A stretch of 64,000 bases of DNA, taken from positions 1 through 64,000 of the forward strand of contig CAWFQK010000009.1 in assembly GCA_963817955.1 (NCBI GenBank). The letters run 5' to 3'. The DNA comes from an uncultured Gemmatimonadaceae bacterium. Lineage in GTDB: Bacteria > Gemmatimonadota > Gemmatimonadetes > Gemmatimonadales > Gemmatimonadaceae. This document shows, piece by piece, positions 31,543 through 40,079 of the stretch (position 1 is its first letter; the number at the start of each line of letters is the position of its first letter). Made by a program: the position numbers and the translations under genes. Under the pieces are notes generated by a model that saw only the letters and a program-made list of their open reading frames with translations, was not told the DNA's origin and did not search any database.

Positions 31543-32562
31543 TCATCCGCTGTGACATAGCGCGAACGCAGCGCGCACGTCGGCGAGCACGCCCGCGGCA
31601 GTCGCGCGCGCCCGGGCGGTTCCGCGCGCGAGAATGTTGTCGGTGTCGATACCATCGCGCTCGATCTGTGTGCGCCGTTCGCGGATCGGCGCAATCACGG
31701 ATTCGAGGACATCGACGAGCCGGCGCTTCAACGCGACGTCGCCGAGGCCGCCGCGAGTGTAGTGCTGCGCCAACTCGGTGACGATCTCGGGATTGTCGAA
31801 CGCGTGCAGGTGCGCGAATACGACGTTGCCTTCTACGCGACCCGGGTCGCTGATGCGGACGTGCGCCGGGTCGGTGTACATCGCGTGTACCGCGGCGCGG
31901 ATCTCCTCGGGAGTGGCAGAGAGGGGAATCGCGTTGCCGAACGACTTGCTGGCCTTTCGCCCGTCCGTGCCGGGCAGTCGCGGCGTCCGCGACAGCAGCG
32001 CGCGGCATTCGGGGAGCACGGGCCTGCCGGCGAGTGCCGCCAGGCGACGCACGATCTCGTTGGTCTGCTCGATCATCGGCAGTTGGTCGTCGCCCACCGG
32101 GACCAGCGTCGCACGCAATGCCGTGATGTCCGCGGCCTGGCTCACGGGATAGCAGAGGAAACCGGCAGGAATATCGCGCTCGAACCCACGGGCCACGATC
32201 TCTGCACGCACCGTAGGATTCCGCTCGAGCCGCGCGACCGTGACGAGGTTGAGATACAGCATGGTGAGCTCGGCGAGCTCCGGCATGCCCGACTGGAGCG
32301 CTATCGTCGTGACGTCAGGGTCGATGCCGGCTGCGCAGTAGTCGAGCACGAGCTCTCGTACGTTCCGGCGCACGTCGGCAGCCCGTCCGCTGTTGTCCGT
32401 GAGCGCCTGGAGATCGGCGATGAGAATTGTCTGGTCGTGCTCGTGCTGGAGCGCGACGCGCGAGCGCAGCGAGCCCGCGTAATGGCCCAGGTGTAGCCGC
32501 CCCGTCGGACGGTCGCCGGTGAGGATGACCTCACGAGTGGGTGCAAGGGAAGGACTGGACAT
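31543..32562 (-). CDS. trpS: Tryptophan--tRNA ligase
   Basis: TGDRPTGRLHLGHY (HIGH), YPVSQAADI, VPVGDDQ, KASKS (KMSKS variant). Confidence 0.95.
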   Translation of the reverse strand: MSSPSLAPTREVILTGDRPTGRLHLGHYAGSLRSRVALQHEHDQTILIADLQALTDNSGRAADVRRNVRELVLDYCAAGIDPDVTTIALQSGMPELAELTMLYLNLVTVARLERNPTVRAEIVARGFERDIPAGFLCYPVSQAADITALRATLVPVGDDQLPMIEQTNEIVRRLAALAGRPVLPECRALLSRTPRLPGTDGRKASKSFGNAIPLSATPEEIRAAVHAMYTDPAHVRISDPGRVEGNVVFAHLHAFDNPEIVTELAQHYTRGGLGDVALKRRLVDVLESVIAPIRERRTQIERDGIDTDNILARGTARARATAAGVLADVRAAFALCHSG

Positions 32563-32654
32563 GATCGATCGTGGCTCCTCTCGGTGGGATGGAGTGAGGG
32601 GCCTGGAATCGGATGTCCCATCCGGAGCCAGTCGCGAATGACCTGGCTGGAAAT

Positions 32655-32714
32655 GACATGGGCCGCCTCACGTGAAGCGGCCCGGACACATGCACACGCG
32701 ATGGTACGGGCCGC
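32655..32714 (-). promoter_or_regulatory. Attenuator hairpins of the trpS leader
   Basis: Minus-strand hairpin GGGCCGCTTCA-CG-TGAGGCGGCCC (32660-32683). Its 5' arm can instead pair with GCGGCCCG (32707-32714), just after the leader stop. Confidence 0.7.
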
Positions 32715-32762
32715 TCAGGTCGAGGGCCACCACCAGAGGTTGGTCGTGTGCAGGTATCTCAT
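32715..32762 (-). CDS. trpS leader peptide MRYLHTTNLWWWPST
   Basis: ATG AGA TAC CTG CAC ACG ACC AAC CTC TGG TGG TGG CCC TCG ACC TGA, about 150 nt upstream of trpS. Confidence 0.85.
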   Translation of the reverse strand: MRYLHTTNLWWWPST

Positions 32763-32783
32763 AGGTATAAACCTAATGGGTGT

Positions 32784-32900
32784 GAGACGCGGGACGCGGG
32801 ACACGAGAAACTCACAACGCACAACTCACAACTGGCAACCCGAAACTCGCCGACCGGTGGGCCGACCGCTACGGAGCAGCCAGCGACATCTAGCCGGTCA
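32784..32900 (+). repeat. Dispersed ~115-bp repeat, copy A
   Basis: (GGGACAC)-type and (CACAACT)-type heptamers plus core CGAAACTCGCCGACCGGTGGGCCGACCGCTACGGAGCAGCCAGCGACATC. Confidence 0.9.
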
Positions 32901-33094
32901 ACACCCGGGGTCCAATCCATGTCGCACCATCGCTGCACCGGTGGCCGACTGCTACGAGGAAAAGCCGCATACGCTCTTACCTCGACTTTGGCCATTTCTC
33001 ACGTGCTGTGAGCGAGGCGCGGATAGCGGCCTCATGACGTGACGAAGCGGGTGACCTCGTAGACTGACACAACTCCTTGCAAGAGTACTGTGTC

Positions 33095-33745
33095 ATGTCG
33101 ACGCTGCCGACCCGCTTCGCCTCGATCATCATAGCATTTTCCGGACTCTTTCGCCAGCGGACGTGGCGGTACGCGGAACGGCTCCTCGTCGGCGCCATGC
33201 TCGCGCCGGGTATTCGCACCGTCGCGAGCGCCCTGCGCGTGCTCGGGCTGGCCGACGAACGCCATTTCGTGAACTATCATCGCGTGTTGAGTCGAGCCCC
33301 ATGGTCCCCCCGCGCGGCGAGTCGGATCTTGCTTGCTCTGCTCGTGCGCGCCTTCGTACCGACCGGTCCGATCGTGCTTGGCCTCGACGACACCATCGAG
33401 CGCCGGCGCGGCGCCAAGATTCACGCCAAAAGCATCTACCGGGATCCGGTCCACTCCTCGCACAGCCACTTCGTGAAAACGAGTGGGTTGCGCTGGCTCT
33501 CGGTCATGCTCCTGGCCCCGATCCCGTGTCGGCCAACTCCAGCGCTGGTTGCCCGGGCGCGCCCGCATCATGGTGGCCGACGCGAGCTTCGCGGCCTTGG
33601 ACCTCCTTGGCGCCCCCGAAAGAAGGGGCGGCGCCTGCCGGCCCTGCATCAGGTCCTCGGTCGTCGAGCGACGGAGTAGACGCGTCTGACGGTGCCGGCC
33701 TGGTATGGCGAGACGAGCCGCGACATCGAGGTCACCTCCGATCAT
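33095..33745 (+). mobile_element. Degraded IS701-like DDE transposase
   Basis: GAMLAPGIRTV, YHRVLSRAPWS, GLDDTIERRRG, YRDPVHSSHSHFVK, followed by out-of-frame pieces (RWLPGR..VADASFAA). Confidence 0.8.
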
Positions 33746-33805
33746 AAAGGAAAGGGCAATGCAGGCAGGTGGACGTACCATTCCGACCAGGGGACACGAG
33801 ACGCC

Positions 33806-33913
33806 TGTCAAGTTGAGCGACGCCGTGTCAATCTGAGCGACGCCGTGTCAATCTGAGCGACGCCGTGTCAATCTGAGCGACGCCGTGTCATCCTGATCGA
33901 AGCGAAGGATCTC
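33806..33913 (+). repeat. 20-bp tandem repeat (TGTCAATCTGAGCGACGCCG) x4 ending in a REP half-site
   Basis: Direct reading. The final unit is TGTCATCCTGATCGAAGCGAAGGATCTC. Confidence 0.9.
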
Positions 33914-33916
33914 TTA

Positions 33917-34033
33917 TGACCGGCTGGATGTCGCTGGCTGCTCCGTAGCGGTCGGCCCACCGGTCGGCGAGTTTCGAGTGTCCAGTTGTGAGTTGTGCGT
34001 TGTGAGTTTCTCGTGTCCCGTTTCCCGTGTCCC
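33917..34033 (-). repeat. Dispersed repeat copy B, inverted relative to A
   Basis: Near-identical reverse complement of 32784-32900. Confidence 0.9.
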
Positions 34034-34063
34034 GTTGGCGTCACGAAGACAGAGCAAGCCATG

Positions 34064-34097
34064 AAGAAAAGCTCGGCCCAGTGTTTGGGCCGAGCTT
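34064..34097 (-). terminator. Intrinsic terminator
   Basis: AAGCTCGGCCCA-N5-TGGGCCGAGCTT followed by TTCTT on the minus strand, downstream of the 34122 gene. Confidence 0.75.
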
Positions 34098-34121
34098 GGC
34101 ACGACTACAGGCGGAATCAAC

Positions 34122-34838
34122 TCAACGCCAAACGACGTCGAAGGTGTAGTGCCCGTACCCTTGTTCCGGGTCACGAACCCGAAGGACAGCAGTGTAGCCG
34201 TTGTCGGGTGTCGGTTGTTGAATGACGTTCACCTGACCGCGACCTTCAAGCAGGTTGACGTCGACACCGGTCGCGCCCGCCGGTATTCCGTTGAACGAGG
34301 ATTCGATCCGGCGCGGTTCGTCGCCGGCCACCGTACGGTAGCTGACACCCCCTGGCCGCAGTGTGATGAGAAGATTGTCATCAACCTCACCACTCCATTG
34401 CAGCGCAACCCGGTTGGCGCGGCTGCGATTGAATGGCGGTCCGAGCTCGCCGGCTGCCGCTGGCTGCCAGTATGCATCGAGCCGGTAATCGCCGGTGCCG
34501 GGTTGCGGATCACGAATCCGAATCACCGCCATGTATCCGTTCTCGGCCGTAGGCTGCCGGATCACGTCGACGGTCCCGCGTCCGTCGAGCACCCGGACGC
34601 TGACTTGGCCATCAGTGTGCGGCAGGGGCGAAATCACCTCAGTCCGGCGTTGACCCGGCTCACTGGGGCCGAGGCTGGTTGTCGTCAGATTCCTGCCACT
34701 GATGGTCAGTTGGACCGCTTGATCGACGCGACCTGACCAGTGGAAGAGCTCGCGCTCCTGCGCACGCGCGATCGTCGCGATCCCCATCGTAATGGCTGCG
34801 CCCGCCGCGATGCTCGTCATCTTGCAATTTCCCCACAT
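34122..34838 (-). CDS. Secreted protein with two tandem beta domains
   Basis: Signal peptide ending ARA-Q. WSGxVD..GRGxVxVIxQPTxxNGYxAVxRxRDP occurs twice. Confidence 0.8.
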   Translation of the reverse strand: MWGNCKMTSIAAGAAITMGIATIARAQERELFHWSGRVDQAVQLTISGRNLTTTSLGPSEPGQRRTEVISPLPHTDGQVSVRVLDGRGTVDVIRQPTAENGYMAVIRIRDPQPGTGDYRLDAYWQPAAAGELGPPFNRSRANRVALQWSGEVDDNLLITLRPGGVSYRTVAGDEPRRIESSFNGIPAGATGVDVNLLEGRGQVNVIQQPTPDNGYTAVLRVRDPEQGYGHYTFDVVWR

Positions 34839-34898
34839 ACTCCCCTCCATGTTGGTCCTTCGAGCTACTGCGTTTTCGCAAGCACTGCGCCGCCGCTG

Positions 34899-34913
34899 TG
34901 GCACGGCGTCTGC
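34899..34913 (+). promoter_or_regulatory. Possible sigma54 promoter
   Basis: TGGCACG-GCGT-CTGC, 55 nt upstream of the VOC gene. Confidence 0.35.
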
Positions 34914-34967
34914 CGCGACTTGCCACCTCGCGCACTCGAACGTTCATCCCTATGGCTGGAGGACACG

Positions 34968-35465
34968 ATGGCCAAAGCGAGAAGTCCCGTCCCCTCTGGA
35001 TTTCATACCGTGACCGCGCATTTGATTTTCGACAATAGCGATCAGGCCATTGACTGGTACAAGAAGGCGCTTGGTGCCGAGGAGAAGAGCCGTGCAGTCG
35101 GCCCCGACGGCAAGGTCATGCATGCCGACCTGCAGATCGGAGACTCGCATATCATGTTGAACGACGCGATGGGGGGTGCCAAGAGCGCGAAGACACTTGG
35201 CGCGTCGCCAATCTCATTGTGGGTGTACGTGCCGGATTGTGACACGCTCTTCAATCGCGCCGTGAAGGCCGGCGCTCAGGTCGCGCCCGGGCCAATGGGT
35301 CAACTGGCCGATCAGTTCTGGGGCGATCGAAGCGGCACGTTCACCGACCCCTACGGCTACCAGTGGACGATCGCCACGCGTAGGGAAGATCTCTCACCCG
35401 AAGAGATGGATCGTCGGTCGCAAGAGTTCTTCAGCCAATTCGCGGCGCAGACGGCACACGCATAG
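34968..35465 (+). CDS. VOC/PhnB-like glyoxalase family protein
   Basis: GFHTVTAHL, AIDWYKKALGA, HADLQIGDS, DQFWGDRSG..DPYGYQW, with GGAGG RBS. Confidence 0.9.
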   Translation: MAKARSPVPSGFHTVTAHLIFDNSDQAIDWYKKALGAEEKSRAVGPDGKVMHADLQIGDSHIMLNDAMGGAKSAKTLGASPISLWVYVPDCDTLFNRAVKAGAQVAPGPMGQLADQFWGDRSGTFTDPYGYQWTIATRREDLSPEEMDRRSQEFFSQFAAQTAHA

Positions 35466-35494
35466 TCACACATCTAGCACACGTGTACCACAGC

Positions 35495-35587
35495 GTGTCA
35501 TCCTGAGCCGAAGGCGAAGGATCTGCGCGTTCAAGATGCAGATCCTTCGCTGCGCTCAGGACAACAGCGTACCGCTCAGGACGACAC
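35495..35587. repeat. REP-like palindrome between convergent genes, with a duplicated 20-bp tail
   Basis: GTCATCCTGAGC..GCGAAGGATCTGC..GCAGATCCTTCGC..CGCTCAGGACAAC..CGCTCAGGACGAC. Confidence 0.85.
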
Positions 35588-35592
35588 CGCGA

Positions 35593-36816
35593 TTACTTGG
35601 CGTCGCGGAGCCAGACCACGTACCAGGTGGGGTGCTCACCCATATCTTCGCGGCAATGTACGCCTGTGAATCGCGCGGCGAGCGTGCCGCCGGGGTCCGA
35701 GCGTGTGGGATAGACTTCGACGAGCTCCACGTCGCGCGCCATGAAACGGCGGAGCGGCGTGAAGCGCAGCTCCTTGCCGTTGATGAGTATGCAGGCGTCG
35801 CTATCGTCAAACGCGCCGATCGGTTGGGTGGGTGCCGGCGGTTGCCCACCAACACTCGGCATGGCCCGGGCCCTGCTCGGGATGTTACTCTGTGACTGTG
35901 GCGCCGAAACACGCGGCGCGGGGGGCTCCATGTGCGTCGGGATGGCTTTGCGCATGACCGCGAACTGTTCTGCGCCCGACACCCCCGCGTACAGCATCGC
36001 CATATCCAGCGAGATGCCTCCAAATCGTCGCAAGTCGTCCGGTCCGATGACGACATCGCTCGCCGCCGAGCGCCAGCGCTTGCGCTTGTCCAGTTCAGCC
36101 CATGCCGCTTCGCTGCGGCCATAGCCGCTCCGTTCGTTCACCACGACCGGGTCGAGCTGCGTCGGGAGTTGACGGATCTTGATCGCCATCTCCCGCTCGT
36201 CGCCATCCTGGAGTTGCACCGCCACCGCATTCGGCTCGTAACCGAGTTTCCGCGCCCGCACGAGGTAGGAACCCACCGGAAGCTGGCGAAAGGCGAACCC
36301 GCCATTCTCACGTGTGAGTCCCACGCGATCGGCGCCTACGAGCTGGACCTCGGCGTCGGCGACGGTTTCGCCCAGCGAGTCGACGACGAATCCCAAAATC
36401 GCCGAGCGTCCGCGCATTTTCTTGTCTTCCTGGGCACGGACGACGACCGGATCCAGCGTGTGCGGCAGGGCGCGGAGCGTGACCATCAAGTCCGTCTGCT
36501 CGTTCGCCCGCGCCAACCAGGTGTACGAGACGGTCGTGTAGCCCAGCTTCCGAAAGAAGACATCGTGTGAGCCCAGCGGGATGTCGGCGAGCGTGAATCG
36601 ACCGTCCGCACCTGTGCGCGTCGTGCGTCGCTGATCTAACGTCGTGACTTCGGCGTCGGCCATGGGAGCACCGGTGGAGTCACGCACGACCCCGACGAGC
36701 GACGCAAGCGCAGGCGCCGGCGTGCGTTGGCTATCAATCTGCGCGCTTACGCCGGCCGCACGAACCGTAGCGAATGCCAGCGCAATCAGGAAACGGTGAA
36801 GCGGTAAGGTTCGCAT
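35593..36816 (-). CDS. Secreted protein with two carboxypeptidase-regulatory-like domains and a plug-like C-terminus
   Basis: LVGVVRDSTGAPMADAEV..RKLGY, GFVVDSLGETVADAEV..RKLGY, DVELVEVY. Confidence 0.8.
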   Translation of the reverse strand: MRTLPLHRFLIALAFATVRAAGVSAQIDSQRTPAPALASLVGVVRDSTGAPMADAEVTTLDQRRTTRTGADGRFTLADIPLGSHDVFFRKLGYTTVSYTWLARANEQTDLMVTLRALPHTLDPVVVRAQEDKKMRGRSAILGFVVDSLGETVADAEVQLVGADRVGLTRENGGFAFRQLPVGSYLVRARKLGYEPNAVAVQLQDGDEREMAIKIRQLPTQLDPVVVNERSGYGRSEAAWAELDKRKRWRSAASDVVIGPDDLRRFGGISLDMAMLYAGVSGAEQFAVMRKAIPTHMEPPAPRVSAPQSQSNIPSRARAMPSVGGQPPAPTQPIGAFDDSDACILINGKELRFTPLRRFMARDVELVEVYPTRSDPGGTLAARFTGVHCREDMGEHPTWYVVWLRDAK

Positions 36817-36995
36817 GCCGCAACTTGTATGCAAAAATGGATATGCGCAATAGGAAACAAACTCTGGCGCCCCATTGCCGCGCGCTCTTCAAACGCCAAC
36901 GCCCAACCAGATCCGATCTGCGATCTGGATATCGAACTCAGACGCCACGCGATACAAGTGTCTGCCAAGCTAACAATGCAAAACGACAAGAACAT

Positions 36996-37010
36996 TTGTC
37001 ATAATGACAA
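36996..37010. promoter_or_regulatory. Palindromic operator candidate
   Basis: TTGTCA-TAA-TGACAA, 30 nt upstream of an XRE gene. Confidence 0.5.
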
Positions 37011-37039
37011 GTACGGCTTACATTGACAACTGACACTTG

Positions 37040-37273
37040 ATGGAGGGTTCGATCGAAGCAGCGCGCTTGGAAAACCGGCTGAAGGTCGCCCGCGCCGAGC
37101 GGGGCTTGTCTCAGGGACAACTCGCCGACCTTGCCGGAGTCACCCGTCAAACGATCGGTTCCATTGAAACCGGACAGTACGTCCCGTCGGCGCTTCTTGC
37201 CTTCGTGCTCGCCGATCGCCTCGGCAAGCGCGTAGATGACCTGTTCACCCTGGTTGGAGGACCCAAGTCATGA
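37040..37273 (+). CDS. XRE-family HTH regulator
   Basis: NRLKVARAERGLSQGQLADLAGVTRQTIGSIETGQYVPS. Confidence 0.9.
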   Translation: MEGSIEAARLENRLKVARAERGLSQGQLADLAGVTRQTIGSIETGQYVPSALLAFVLADRLGKRVDDLFTLVGGPKS

Positions 37274-37353
37274 CGGCCAAACCGATTCTGCGAGACGAAC
37301 GGACTGAGAATGCGGCCGTGATCGCAGCCGGTATCGTGCTGTTTCGCCGGTAG
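37270..37353 (+). pseudogene. 27-codon remnant of an XRE-coupled membrane protein
   Basis: ATGA-coupled MTAKPILRDERTENAAVIAAGIVLFRR, in which the RDER motif is joined to a hydrophobic C-terminus. Confidence 0.4.
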
Positions 37354-37367
37354 GCAGCTGAGTGGTG

Positions 37368-40076
37368 ATGAGCTCTCGCCTCACGCTATCCCTGACTCCG
37401 CATAACCGACTGCTGGTTGTGCCGGATGCCCAGGCGCCGGAACTCGATGAACTCGTCGCACAACGTCTGGTTGACGCGTTTGCGCGTGGTTCCGGCGACG
37501 GTCTGCTGCAACTCGGCGGCGCCGAGGTCGGACGGCCGCTGCCCCCCGTGTTCGCGTATTGGCGCGAGCTGGGCACGCGCTACGTCACCGCGGTGTGCAC
37601 CCGCCGGGATACGGGCGAGCATGACGTACCCCTTCCGCCACCAGAGATCTCTGATTTGGAAGCGCTCGCGCTCGGCGCTCCGGCTATGATGGGCGCGGAG
37701 TACGTCACCGCCGACGGGCTCCGTGCTTTGTGGGGCGAGATCGACGTGGCGTTTGCTATGCGGCGCCGAGAGGCAGGTTCGACTACCGCCGAGACGCTGA
37801 AGCAGCTCAACCCGGCCTGGAACGTGGTGGGGCACGTTCATTTCAATCTGGCGGAGAACGCCAAAGACCCGGACGCACCATTCGCCTTTCTCGCGACCTA
37901 CACGCATCAGCTCTCGCAGCGCGGCAAGGCGCAGCATGTCCCCCTGGGCGAGGCCCTCCGTGAATATGCGGGCGCGAAGAGCCGCCAGCGCCTGCTCGCG
38001 CTACTTGCGCCCGTGCAGCGCGCCGCCGAAGAGTGTTCTTGGCTGCGGACGTTGGTCGACACAGGCGAAGTATTCCACCCGTTGCGTTGGTCCGCCGCCG
38101 AGGCGTTCCAGTTGCTCACCGACCTGCCACGCCTCGAGCGCGCCGGCGTAATTGTTCGCGTGCCGGCGCGTTGGGGCCGGCGTGGGCCGCCGCGTCCGCG
38201 CGTCGCCGCGACCGTGGGATCGCGGCCACCAGCAAACGGCGGCGTCGGTGCCGACGCGCTGCTCGACTTCGACATGGCGGTGACCCTCGACGGCGAACGC
38301 CTGACGGCAGCCGAGATTAAACGGCTACTCCAGGGCACGCGCGGGCTCACGTTCATTCGCGGCCAGTGGATCCAGGTGGAGTCCGAGCAGCTCGCGCAAA
38401 CGATCGAGCGATTTCGTCAACTCCAACGGATGTCGTCTGAGCGTGGCCTGACGTTCGCCGAAGCCGCGCGGCTCGTCTCCGGCGCGGACGTCGTTGGCCA
38501 GGAATTATCCGAAGACAACGTTCGCGAATGGTCGCACGTCGAGGCGGGCCCTTGGCTCATGGATGTTCTGAAACGGCTACGGTCCCCCGAACGGCTGAAC
38601 GACGTCGAGCCCGGCGAGGCCCTTCACGGTACGCTGCGACCATATCAGCATATCGGCGTACGTTGGCTCACGCTGCTGTCGAAGCTCGGCCTCGGCGCCT
38701 GCCTGGCCGACGACATGGGACTTGGCAAGACCATTCAGGTACTCGCGCTGCTCCTCCTTCGGAAGCGCGAGGTCAGGCGCGCAAGCGAGCGAGCGCCGAG
38801 CCTGCTCGTCGTACCGGCGTCACTACTCGCCAACTGGCAATCGGAGATTGCGCGCTTCTCGCCGACGCTGCGCGTGATGGTGATGCATCAGTCCGCAATG
38901 CCGGCGTCGGCGCTGGCCGCGATCGACTCGCGCCGGTTTGACGAGACGGACCTCGTGATCACCACCTATGGCTCGTTGCTCCGATTGCGATCGGTCGCGG
39001 ACTACCGCTGGGATCTCGCCATACTCGACGAGGCGCAGGCAATCAAGAACGCTGGCGCCAAACAGACACGGGCGGCGAAACGTCTACAGGCCCGCGCGCG
39101 CATTGCGATCACGGGAACGCCGGTGGAGAACCATCTCTCTGATCTCTGGTCCATCTTCGACTTCATCAACCCTGGTCTCCTGGGATCGGCCAAGCAGTTC
39201 AGCGCGTACGTGAAGCGGCTCGCGGCAGACCAACACAACCCGTACGGGCCGCTCCGCGAGCTCGTTCGTCCCTACATCCTGCGTCGTCTCAAGACCGATC
39301 GGTCGGTGATCTCGGATCTTCCTGAGAAGGTGGAGGTGAAGGCGTACTGTCAGCTCAGCCGCGCACAGGCGGCGTTGTATGACCAAGCGGTCCGTGAGCT
39401 CCGAGAGCAACTCGCCATACTCGACGGCATGCAGCGTCGCGGCGTGGTGTTGAGCTTTCTCATGCGGCTCAAGCAGATCTGCAACCACCCCTCGCAGTGG
39501 CTCGGCGACGAGGCCTGGGCGGAGAGTGACAGCGGCAAGTGGGCGCGCCTTCGCGAGCTCGCCGAGGTAATCGCGGCGAAACAAGAGAAGGTGCTCGTCT
39601 TCACGCAGTTTCGCGAAGTGACGGCACCGCTCGCCGGGTTCCTCGGAACCGTCTTCGGTCAACCGGGCCTCACGCTGCACGGGCAGACTCCAGTGAACCG
39701 TCGCGGAGACATGGTTCGGCAGTTTCAGGACGACGACCGGGTGCCGTTCTTCGTGATCTCACTCAAGGCGGGCGGCTCGGGGCTCAACCTCACCGCCGCA
39801 TCACATGTCATCCACTTCGACCGGTGGTGGAATCCGGCAGTGGAGAACCAGGCGACAGACCGTGCCTTCCGCATTGGACAGCGCAAGAACGTGCTCGTTC
39901 ACAAGTTCATCTGTCGCGGCACGGTCGAGGAGAAGATCGACCGGCTCATTGAATCGAAGTCGCATCTCTCGGCCGGCTTGCTCGAAGGCGGCGGGGAGCT
40001 CAATCTTACAGAGTTGAGTGACGACGAGTTGCTCCGGCTCGTGTCGCTCGACATTGGATCCTCCATCAACGAATGA
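37368..40076 (+). CDS. SNF2-family helicase/ATPase
   Basis: LRPYQ, CLADDMGLGKT, LDEAQAIKN, TGTPVENH, KAGGSGLNLT, WWNPAVENQATDRAFRIGQ. Confidence 0.95.
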   Translation: MSSRLTLSLTPHNRLLVVPDAQAPELDELVAQRLVDAFARGSGDGLLQLGGAEVGRPLPPVFAYWRELGTRYVTAVCTRRDTGEHDVPLPPPEISDLEALALGAPAMMGAEYVTADGLRALWGEIDVAFAMRRREAGSTTAETLKQLNPAWNVVGHVHFNLAENAKDPDAPFAFLATYTHQLSQRGKAQHVPLGEALREYAGAKSRQRLLALLAPVQRAAEECSWLRTLVDTGEVFHPLRWSAAEAFQLLTDLPRLERAGVIVRVPARWGRRGPPRPRVAATVGSRPPANGGVGADALLDFDMAVTLDGERLTAAEIKRLLQGTRGLTFIRGQWIQVESEQLAQTIERFRQLQRMSSERGLTFAEAARLVSGADVVGQELSEDNVREWSHVEAGPWLMDVLKRLRSPERLNDVEPGEALHGTLRPYQHIGVRWLTLLSKLGLGACLADDMGLGKTIQVLALLLLRKREVRRASERAPSLLVVPASLLANWQSEIARFSPTLRVMVMHQSAMPASALAAIDSRRFDETDLVITTYGSLLRLRSVADYRWDLAILDEAQAIKNAGAKQTRAAKRLQARARIAITGTPVENHLSDLWSIFDFINPGLLGSAKQFSAYVKRLAADQHNPYGPLRELVRPYILRRLKTDRSVISDLPEKVEVKAYCQLSRAQAALYDQAVRELREQLAILDGMQRRGVVLSFLMRLKQICNHPSQWLGDEAWAESDSGKWARLRELAEVIAAKQEKVLVFTQFREVTAPLAGFLGTVFGQPGLTLHGQTPVNRRGDMVRQFQDDDRVPFFVISLKAGGSGLNLTAASHVIHFDRWWNPAVENQATDRAFRIGQRKNVLVHKFICRGTVEEKIDRLIESKSHLSAGLLEGGGELNLTELSDDELLRLVSLDIGSSINE

Positions 40077-40079
40077 TTC

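Noticed and set aside
32563..32780. T-box riboswitch for trpS
   Set aside because: No T-box consensus was seen, and the Trp-codon leader peptide explains the region.
33806..33895. CRISPR-like periodic repeat
   Set aside because: The 20-bp units are directly adjacent with no unique spacers, and there are no cas genes in the window.
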